A DNA stretch of 64,000 nucleotides from Hormiphora californensis. Taxonomy: Eukaryota > Animalia > Ctenophora. The stretch is from assembly GCA_020137815.1 (NCBI GenBank), contig CM035352.1:3844001-3908000 (forward strand), read 5' to 3'. The translations under genes and the position numbers were made by a program. Under the pieces are notes generated by a model. That model made no database searches. It was not told the origin of the DNA and was given only the letters and a program-made list of their open reading frames with translations. Below, piece by piece: positions 1-10,436 of the stretch (position 1 is the first letter of the stretch; every line of letters begins with the position of its first letter).

Positions 1-3000
1 ACGCCAGGAAACCCGTGAGATAAGCAAGTCCCTTGTTGCCCCTGTAAAACCAATTCACCACTATCTGGAGCCAATCCTGTATAGTGAACTGCCGGTCTGC
101 ATTCATATAGTTGAAAATATACCTGCACATTTGGAAGATGACTGAGAATTTCAGATGTATGTAGGTAAATGCCCAATTTCAATGAAATTCGGCATTTACC
201 TACATCTGATTTTAAAATACAAAATTAACGTCCAAGTACTGGTTCTTTACTTTATTTAGCTTAGTTATATTTACAATAACTATTGAACACTGCATAGGTT
301 CCGTACGATACCAGGTTAACTTTTATTATTTGGGATTTTAACTATTCTAAATTTAGCTAATTTTAGCTAAAATGAATAGTCTGCAAATTAATGATTCATG
401 TCTGAGAAATGACGGTCAGGATCACAACTGTATAACTACACATACCTGCAGAAGATGGGGAGGACAACTCCAAAGCAAGACACTACCAAAAGAATGATAA
501 TCTTTGAAACGTACTCGTATTCTTTTACCGGCCTGTATAAAGTGAGAGGATTACGGATATGTTTCATTGACAATACTAGTAGGCCCGTTCGCCCTACGGG
601 CGAATTTCGGGGAAATGGTAGCTTGATTAGGGAACGCTGGCATCACCTGCACCATCCATTCCTAGCCTATTTCTCACTTTCTCCCTACCCATGTTGTTGT
701 ACGCTCTGGGCTTCCTGACAATGTCAAGGTGCGAATTTAAGAGATCAATGTTAGGGAGGTGCAGTGCTGTTCCAGAAACTCATCACGTGAAAACTTGGCC
801 GCTAAGCTATGTAGCCGATTCGGAGATTTCTATATTCGACTGGAGTAATCACCCTTGGGCGATGTTGGGTAAAGCTATCCGTAGTCATTGATTGGCTCGC
901 TTGAACACGTTGGCGTAATCTGTCATAATCTCTAGCCTGCTCCCTGACAGCAGCAGATCTTCCGGACCCAGATGACCGTTGCCGAATAGCGCTTGGGGGT
1001 GAAGAGTTAGACATCAGGACAAAAGTAAAAGAATGCACGTGCAGAATTGAATTTCCCTTAATACCCAAAACTGCAACTGGGAGTGAGGTTTCTAAGTTGC
1101 TCTAATAATTGCACGTGCAGGTGTAGTTGCTAGGTGATGTAGCACTGACAATTTGAATGGTAAGTAAGTATGATGAACTGGCTAGGAAATTATGGACTGC
1201 AAACGCCGTTTTCGCATCGCAGATTGTGTGCTCTTTCTTAGAAAACTCAAAACCGTCACATTTCAATTCTCCTTCTGTGACTGTCTGGCGCCGCGACCCC
1301 ATCTGAGAATCAAATGGGGTATGGCGCCGCCATACAGTTCTGTGACAAGTTGTGGTATGTAACTCAATAAATAGTGGCCAAAAGCACACTCTCCTTATTA
1401 ACTTACAGTACATTGAAAGTCACATCTTTCCCGACATTCCCTGATCTCGAAAAGAGGACGACCGCAACCATCCATGTCCCCTCAGCCAGATGCGGGCTGG
1501 GAAACATCACTCAACACGATACTCCCAAATGTACTGAAGCTCAACCTCATGCTCTTAGTCGTGGTGGCATTGGGGGACACCAGGAACTGGTACAGTTCAT
1601 CCGTGTCCTGGGTCACTATCAACTTTCCTGTGGATCGATTGGGGTTAATAATCATGCATGTATGGAGTTACAATTATGGATGACGGTATGGGCGAAAGTT
1701 CCGCATCTATGGAAAAATGAATAGCTGTCAATTACCGCAAGATATTTCACCTACCTACAACTTCGGATGTATTAGATTCCACCTGTACGGCGATATATCG
1801 ATACGTCTCGGTTACATCGAATGTCCTGATTGTTACTCCTTTGACCGTTAGTGGCACGCTCTCGTTAAGAGGTAGGTCTACCGATGCGGTGGAGTAATCC
1901 ACGTTGAACTGCGTCAGAGCACTACCTAAAAAACAATTTGTTATTTTCTCACTTTCCTTTACATTTGCGAAACAGAGTCTAACTAGGTAAGAAATTAATA
2001 TGAGTTAATGTTAATAATCATTACTTAAATCAAGCTGAAGCATCACTTGTAATTGGGAAACAACTTGGTATGTTTCTGTTCTGGTCAACATGATCAACTC
2101 CATGTTATTCGATGTGGTTATAAAGCATAATTGTTAGTTTCAATTATATGAAGGGATTAACAGAATTCTCCCACATGAAAAAATATGTGATGGGGGTCAA
2201 TTACCGGCAAGAAAATTCACCAACTAACTTCGCTACTACCTACGCAATTGTATCTAGTTCTGGTTACACTCGAATCTTTTGTGGATCACTCCTACTGACC
2301 TTATGCACACTTAATCGTAGAGTAGTTCAAGTGTTACATAGCTGGAGTATAACCACGTTGAACTGGTGAGTGACATACCTTAGATCAAGAATTGATACCT
2401 CAACTTCCTTTACCATTGGAAGTCCGATCGGTCCATCAGTAAAGAGTTATTGACTTTAATGAATAGATCGACTTAATTCAAGCTGTGTCATCACGAGAAT
2501 TAGTCAGACCATTCATTTTACAGTATAGAGGAATACAAGGGTTACCGGAGGAATGCTGTGGCGTAGGAGCCATTCTCATGTTTACAGTCCATGGAGAGAA
2601 TAACAAGGGACCCGCGATCAACCTGAAAAAAAATCGGGTGGGTTCATTGCGGAGGAGGGGTGGGTTAATTGCAGAGGAGGGGTGGGTTGATTGCGGAGGA
2701 GGGGTGGGTTGATTGCGGAGGAGGGTTGGGTTGATTGCGGAGGAGGGGTGGGTTGATTGCGGAGGTGGGGTGGGTTGATTGTGGAGGAGGGTTGGGTTGA
2801 TTGTGGAGGAGGGGTGGGTTGATTGCGGAGGAGGGGTAGGTTGATTGCGGAGGAGGGGTGGGTTGATTGCGGAGGAGGGGTAGGTTGATTGCGGAGGTGG
2901 GGTGGGTTGATTGCGGAGGAGGGGTGGGTTGATTGTGGGGGAGGGGTAGGTTGATTGCGGAGGTGGGGTGGGTTGATTGCGGAGGAGGGGTAGGTTGATT

Positions 3001-3717
3001 GCGGAGAAGGATTCAGTCAATGGCCAGGTTAATTCTAGGCCCCTTGATAAGAGGATGGCTGTGAACAGTTGCGGTGTGGAGCTACTCAAACACTCCTGCT
3101 AGTTTATGTGTCTCCCAAGGGAGAACCAGTGTTGGAGTACTTTGACATGTAGGGTGTGTTACATCGGGAGCGGTGAAGTACAAACACACGCTTGGTTTGC
3201 TGTGCTACTCAAAGACGGGGATAGACAACAACCCAGTGATTACTCTTGCTTTGAGATGGTAGAGAGAGAGGAAAAAAGAGAAAGAGAGAGAGAAGGGTGT
3301 GGTGATCACTGGTTTTGATTCACTTGCCGCAACAAATTGCTACACATCAAACAACTTACAACACCCAAGTTAACCGGCCAATGAGACTGCGTCATCATAT
3401 GGCATTGTCATGGTAACATGATTTCTCTTTGAATCGTTCATACTTTCTTTTTATTCTAAAAAGAGCACGGACATGCAATGTCAAGCGACTCAAATTTCTC
3501 TCACCTTGATCTCCATGGTTTCGGAAACCCTCGTATTATCCCCCGATCCATCTCCCACGTAAGCCAACAAAGGCCTACTGGTGTCTTGAACCTCAGAGCT
3601 TGTGAAAGAGGCCGAGCCATCTGAGTTTATGAATCCCTCAGCCTTCCCTATCTTCTCCTGTCCCAGGGACAGGGAGAGAAGACTGAGGAGGATGACCGCC
3701 AGAGGTCTTTCAACCAT
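1..3717 (-). CDS. SID-1/SIDT-like transmembrane protein, 5' part (runs off window start)
   Basis: Exons ~3505-3717 (signal peptide [19 protein letters not shown]), ~2548-2622, noisy ~2030-2453, 1755-1925, 1407-1627, 446-532, 1-122. Most splice phases match. Product: beta-rich ectodomain ending PHLAEGTWMVAV, TM1 YVSKIIILLVVSCFGVVLPIF, loop, then WFYRGNKGLAYLTGFLA, which resembles invertebrate SID-1-like proteins (from memory). Needs removal of one extra base at 1494-1496 and has an in-frame TAA near 2447. Confidence 0.55.
576..606 (-). mobile_element. Helitron-like 3' terminus
   Basis: Minus strand reads TTCGCCC-GTA-GGGCGAA hairpin, then CGGGCCTA-CTAG|T; intronic. Confidence 0.4.
1281..1337. 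mobile_element. 57-bp micro-MITE (CTGTCTGGCG family)
   Basis: Imperfect TIRs CTGTCTGGCG...CGCCATACAG; perfect 8-bp TSD TTCTGTGA. Confidence 0.8.
2636..3006. repeat. 21-bp G-rich intronic minisatellite
   Basis: About 17 copies of a GGTTGATTGCGGAGGAGGGGT-like unit. Confidence 0.95.
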
Positions 3718-4122
3718 CCTAAAATTAGTAAAATTAGGAAATATGTATTATGCAAATCATATTATATCGAATGGGCGTATATCAAATGGGCAAGATGCTC
3801 CAGCACTGCATGTCAGGAAATATGTGTACCAATATTTACTGCTGAATATACACAATACTATTGGCACGAGGAAGTATAAAAGGCATGTGTGAGAAATTAG
3901 TGTGAGACGAAGAGGCAGCGATTTATTGTGACACACAAAACATTTCAATGGCTTTGTCGGTGGACAACAGAAGATATTTATAATTCTGTCGGAGAAATAT
4001 TCTCCCCACACCACGTGTCAAATGCATTTCTTCAAACCAATATTTGGATAAACTTGGGCTGAAATTTATTAAAGTACGACATGGAAAACATATACACTGT
4101 ACATTGTACAAGGTGCATTGTA

Positions 4123-4996
4123 CCGTGTGCGGCAAAAAAAATCCCCCCCCCTAGACCACCATAGTTGCCGATGTGGTGGAGAGCTGTAACTTGGCAGGGT
4201 TGCTCCACTATGTCTATCTTGATCCTGACAGAAAAATCAGAGCTCTAGCTCAAAATTCATTTTTTTGATAGGAATGAACATTGTCATTCATTCCAAGAAA
4301 AAAATATTTTCGGTCCAGAATTCAAGCAATTATCTTTGGCCATCGATTAGCTTTCCAATGTGACCAAGATCATCTAAATTGGGCAACCACAAGAGACACA
4401 GTGTCATCTTTCTTAAATTTAATCAGGTCATGTGATCTTCACCGAATCGTTGAGTGTTCAGTATTACGAATCGGTCTAAGTGGTAGAGAATCACGTATCA
4501 CGGCCGCTAATGAGGTATGTGTACCAATACAGGGTAATGTGATTCGAGGAAAGAGGACATTTATCAAAGAGCTACAGATCTCATGACCAATCAGCATCGT
4601 CATCCCTCATTAGTAGCCGTGATACGTGATTCTCTACCACTTAGACCGATTCGTAATACTGAACACTCAACGATTCGGTGAAGATCACATGACCTGATTA
4701 AATTTAAGAAAGATGACACTGTGTCTCTTGTGGTTGCCCAATTTAGATGATCTTGGTCACATTGGAAAGCTAATCGATGGCCAAAGATAATTGCTTGAAT
4801 TCTGGACCGAAAATATTTTTTTCTTGGAATGAATGACAATGTTCATTCCTATCAAAAAAATGAATTTTGAGCTAGAGCTCTGATTTTTCTGTCAGGATCA
4901 AGATAGACATAGTGGAGCAACCCTGCCAAGTTACAGCTCTCCACCACATCGGCAACTATGGTGGTCTAGGGGGGGATTTTTTTTTGCCGCACACGG
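4123..4996. mobile_element. Foldback Tc1/mariner-type non-autonomous element, family A copy 1
   Basis: TA TSD; ~390-bp near-perfect arms starting CCGTGTGCGGC; ~90-bp spacer. Confidence 0.9.
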
Positions 4997-5474
4997 TACA
5001 ATGTACACTTCAATGTTCATTTTGGGCTTCACCCAGTGAAAAGTTGGAAAGATTAGCTTATCAAACTTGGAATATGCTATACCCTCACTCAAGGTTCATG
5101 GTGTTTCCGGAGCTCTAATAATACCCCTGGAAGTGTGTTTTTGTCATCTAAAGTACCGGAAAGATACTTTTTTCCTGGCTCTGAGACACAACTAGATCTT
5201 CATGCTGATAGCATAGTATGATCTAAACGGGTTGTTGAGTAGTGGACGGATATGGAAAACAATGGGATATGATATTTTCTTCCAATAACACGACCGTAAT
5301 AATATAACAAGCTACCATTGCCGTTTCAGACCTCTCGTCTCTCTCCCTCTTAGCACTAACTGAGTTGATGAGTAGATATTGGAAAAACCAAGAACGGCAG
5401 TATATCTTCTTCCTGTATGTGACTACCCTATATAAGCCGTGCTGCCATTGACAGTTGACAGTATCTTATGGAAA

Positions 5475-6997
5475 ATGTCACATAGCATTAGTTATAATGA
5501 TTGTGTCAATGATACTATACCTGTTTGTAAATTCAGACTTATCAACGTGAGTATAATTTTGTTTCTGAAAGGGAGCTGCTAGAGTATAGTCCATTTCTTA
5601 CTACTATAATTACCCTTTTTGCGTTACAATACACCTAATAGGGTGCAGTGATAACTGATATAGGGCTAACGGGTACAGTTGCGGCTGCCTACATATCATT
5701 CAACATAATTACAGCTCGATTACGATTACCAGGCAGTCAGGTAATGAAGTAAATTAATGTTGTTATTTTCAAAAATTTTTGTCAATTAAAATTGAAATTT
5801 ATTCTGATTTGATCTGGATATTTTTATAATACCTGTAGTTGAAGGCAGGGAAACACTACAAGTACACGGCACTATATGGGGGAAAACAGTCGTGCCTGAA
5901 CCTCAGGTTCAGGCCACGGCTATGCTCCATATTCCATATTCTTGTCACAGTTGAATTTTGAACGGCCAATACCCCCCCAGAATCTCTACATTTTACTTCT
6001 TATGCTGACGAACGTGCTAGTATCGGTAGTTGGAACTATTCGTGGCATAGGCATTCTTCACAGTGATATCTGGGATATCGAGGATGGCAAGACAACGTCG
6101 AACAACTTTTGTAAAATCTTTAACCTTTTGGCGCAGTTTGTATGGTAATTTACACGACGCATTATAGTATTCCAACAACTCAGTCTTCAATTAATATGTA
6201 GTAATTTACATTTACATATGAACAATACATAATTCCCAAACTAATATTTCCTGTAGGGATATCCAGATGCCTGTGATATTACCGATATCGGTAGACAGGT
6301 TTTTAGCGGTGGTAATGCCCTTACGACATAAGCAACTAAGGGGTTCACGGGTTTTTGAGGTGGTAATGATAACCCTGGCATTTGGACCCGCCCTTATCAT
6401 GACCCTTATCAGGGTAACTACCTTGCAGCTTGGACTATCCAGGGTAAGAGTGATAAATCAATCGGTACACCGATTTGAGTAATGTCAGCTATAATTAGTA
6501 TTATGATATAAGTAGACCCTTTTTCCTGAACGTCAATCACTCCACCTTTCCCATTTTAGATAAACCACTTCCATATCAGGTACATCAGAAAACTCCCCCC
6601 AGATGTACCCCCCCTAAACCATCCCTCTCCTATCCCCCAGATAAATTACAACCAGGAGTACCACCGCTGCATCTGGGACGGATCACCCCTCATCACCACC
6701 ACTGTAATCCACATCGTCTTCATGATCTTACCATTCAGCATCTCCATTCTCCTCTACCTAGCCATCTTCCTGACTGTCTACTTCAACGGGATGGCCTGTG
6801 CTAAGCTGTTAAAAATCAGTTTCCTAATTTGTCTTTCCAACATCTTGAGTGCAATTCCGGAGGTTCTCCTTCGCGAAGGTGTCCAATTCAGTTACGTTAC
6901 TGCACAGATTACAGTAACCTGTTACTATATTGTACCCCTGTGTGACTGTGTGGTTTACTATTTCGCTAATCCATCTGTGAGAACTAAAATGTGTTAA
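5475..6997 (+). CDS. Class A (rhodopsin-like) GPCR
   Basis: Exons ~5475-5546, ~5714-5740, 5981-6144, ~6258-6443, 6641-6997. ECL1 W...FC, TM3 ISVDRFLAVVMPLRH (DRY-type motif), ECL2 Cys, TM7 DCVVYYFANP. TM1 exon (~5770-5907) not cleanly resolved. Confidence 0.85.
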
Positions 6998-7756
6998 TAA
7001 GATTAGATCGTACCACAAACAGTTTGTTGTGGGTCATCATTTTTCATATCAATTCGGATATAATTTGATGGACATGGTTTAAAAACATTGTTTGCCCTTT
7101 CCAGCGCTAGGCTGAGTCATAATTGACAAAATTAAACCGAACTTTCGTCCTACATAAGCTAAAGTGTATAACATTGATGTCTGTTAGAATTACTACAAAA
7201 CAGGAACAAAAGATAGAATCAAGAGACAAGATCCAAGATTCATGTAGAAAAAAAAAGCACAACTTCGTAATTTCTCGATTAGATATTATAGTGATGAGTG
7301 ATGAAAGACGCATAAAATATCACCCTCTACTACTCGCATTACTTTGTATATCAGCTGGCTATTTAGTACAGCTTGTATTATAGCAGGTGAGAAACAACAT
7401 TTTCCTTCTCCCCTACTGCTGCTCCTCCCCGAGAGGATCAGAAGGACAAATGCTCTTATGGACGATGGTATTATATAGTTAACAGGCCGTATGCTTCAAT
7501 AATACAAAGTACACTACAAGTGCAGTAACATGGTCCTTTTAAATGCGATGTATAGTAAGACCATAAAAAGCTAAGGCCAGTGAGAAGGAAAAGAAAATGT
7601 ACGCAAAGTATTCTGTACCAGAAAATTGAAAAATGCACGAGTATAAGCTTTGTCTGAACGTGTGGCAACTAGTTTCGACGCAATTACCCCAACAAGCTTG
7701 GGTGTAATCAAATTTACACGAAGAGAAAACATGGATCTGAACAGAGAAAGCAAGTA

Positions 7757-8633
7757 CCGTGTGCGGCAAAAAAAAAGCCCCCCCCTAGACCACCATAGTT
7801 GCCGATGTGGTGGAGAGCTGTAACTTGGCAGGGTTGCTCCACTATGTCTATCTTGATCCTGACAGAAAAATCAGAGCTCTAGCTCAAAATTCATTTTCAT
7901 GAACGGAATGAACTTCTCCGTTCCTTCGATATGAGACCCCCTCATCATTCAGAATTTTTTGCCCGTCTTTGGCTATCGATTAGCTTTCCAATGTGACCAA
8001 GATCATCTAAATTGGACAACCACAAGAGACACAGTGTCATGTTTCTTAAAGTTAGTCAGGTCATGTGATCCTCACCGAATCGTTGAGTATTCAGTATTAC
8101 GAATCAGTCTAAGTGGTAGAGAATCACGTATCACGGCTACTAATGAGGGATGACGATGCTGATTGGTCATGAGATCTGTAGCTCTGTGATAAATGTCCTC
8201 TTTCCTCGAATCACATTACCCTGTATTGGTACACATACCTCATTAGCGGCCGTGATACGAGATTCCTCTGCCCCTTGGCTCGATTAGCAATCCCGGATAA
8301 TCAACGATTCGGTGAGGATCACATGACCTGACTAACTTTAAGAAACATGACACTGTGTCTCTTGTGGTTGCCCAATTTAGATGATCTTGGTCACATTGGA
8401 AAGCTAATCGATAGCCAAAGATAATTGCTTGAATTCTGGACCGAAAATGTATTTTTCTTGGAATGAATGACAATGTTCATTCCGTTCATGAAAATGAATT
8501 TTGAGCTAGAGCTCTGATTTTTCTGTCAGGATCAAGATAGACATAGTGGAGCAACCCTGCCAAGTTACAGCTCTCCACCACATCGGCAACTATGGTGGTC
8601 TAGGGGGGGGGGGCTTTTTTTTGCCGCACACGG
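7757..8633. mobile_element. Foldback Tc1/mariner-type element, family A copy 2 (spacer in opposite orientation)
   Basis: TA TSD; same TIR as 4123-4996. Confidence 0.9.
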
Positions 8634-10436
8634 TACAATTTGTCTCGGTTAGATATGGCGATGACAGGCACATAAAATATCACCCTCGTCTTACTTTGTA
8701 TAGCAGGTGGATATTTAGTACAGCTTGTATATAGCAAGAGAGAAACAACATTCTCCTTCTCCTCTACAGCTATAACAGCAGTAGTAGGGTGCTGGGGTGA
8801 AGGTCAGGTAGGAACTATGAGAAGAGAACACTGAACACACACATACCCAACTAATTGCTTGCCTGCCGGGCAGTCGATGTACTTTATTGAATAACTATAA
8901 GTTAGTCATGTTTTTCACTGCCAGAGCTGAAGTTTTACACGAAAATTACAGCCGAGGAATGCTAATATGTGTGTACAATTAAACAAGAAATCGAGAATTT
9001 CTACTCATTGATAAGTAGCACATACATACAACAAAATACAACTTATTCTAATTCTGATTTTAATTCTACTCAAACTTTGTACTCAACAACTCAAACTTAC
9101 ACAGCATTTGATGAGAGGAAGTACAAATCAGTGGCTATTATAATTGGTATAAACTAGCTGAGAAGGTAGAGAGGAGAGAGAGAATCGGGTGATTGTGAGA
9201 GAAGTTGGAGAGACGGAGAGAGAATGAGAGAGAAGAAGGAGAGAAGGAGGGAGAATGAGAGAGAAGAAGGAGAGAGCCAGAGATTTGGGGAGATTCTCCA
9301 CGGGATAATGAGAGAGAATTAAGAAGCTGGATAGAGAGAGAGAAGAAAGTTGGTATACAATCCACGTGAACTCGGTGTAGACCATTAGAGAATTAGGTGG
9401 GAGACAAGTACGTAGGAGACAATTGTTCTTGGGGGGGGGGGGGGGTGACTATCATGGTATGATTCATCAATTAGGATTATAACATCCACGAGTAGCAAAA
9501 CAAGTTGTACTGGAAGATGTTCAAGGAGAGAATTACTAAGAGAAATGTACAACACATTGAAGGAACGCAGAGATACTGAATCTATGCATGCTCTATACAT
9601 GAATTGCAGTGTTTTATAACAGTCTGGAAGCAACTACAAGGGGGGAGGGTATGTATCAAGCCGACAAGCAGTATTTGCCTTCCTATATTCAAAAGGGTGA
9701 TACGTGTATCACGTTTAGTAGAGCGAGGGGTCCAGATTTTACTTGTATACATAGTATACAACTGTTTACTGTTACAGCTACATTTATGGAAATATTTAAA
9801 TCGGAGTCCTTAGATGATGAAAGTAAAAATAAAATTGTAAACGCGCTTCTAAAGGCTCTGTGCGGTAGCTGTAGACATAGTGATAAATCACCTTCCTAAA
9901 TCCTAAAAATGAAATTGAATACGGGTATGCAAAAGTAGGGGAAACATTTGAGAAAACACTACATTTATATTATTTACCGGAGTTTACACAAAGAGATGTT
10001 ACTCTATTACAGTATTACCTTGAGCACCCGCTGAAGCAATTATATAGTGCTTTTGATCCTGAGTCCTGACCAAGCATGGTATAATTTGAGTTTAGAGATA
10101 TCTAAACTCTCTATATAGAGTGATCACATCAACCATACAGAGATACATTAATACAGATAGAGAGGGCCAAGGGACAGAGAGACAGACAGACAGACATACA
10201 GACAGACAGAATTGAGTTGAATTAAGTTGAATTAAAAACGAAAGTCTAAAAAGGTAAATGTTGCTCGATAACAAACTTCAATTGAACATCAAACCATAAA
10301 TTGTAACAAAATATACAAATCATAAAATCCCAAGAGTCCATAAAATTCGACTCAACTAACCCACAGCTCTCACTGATACTGATCAGGGACAATTGGCAAA
10401 TCAATGTCAATTTTACCAGTAGCAGAACGAACTATA

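Noticed and set aside
802-1413. Minus-strand ORFs as GPCR loop segments
   Set aside because: They lie within the 533-1406 intron once the flanking exons are joined in phase; one crosses a MITE
2478-3089. 203-aa Pro-rich ORF
   Set aside because: Translation of an intronic minisatellite
4281-8473. Repeated MSFIPRKK.../RLAFQCDQDH ORFs
   Set aside because: Mirror translations of foldback arms with no transposase motifs
9609-9899. 96-aa ORF or terminal exon
   Set aside because: No recognisable domain and upstream exons not resolvable
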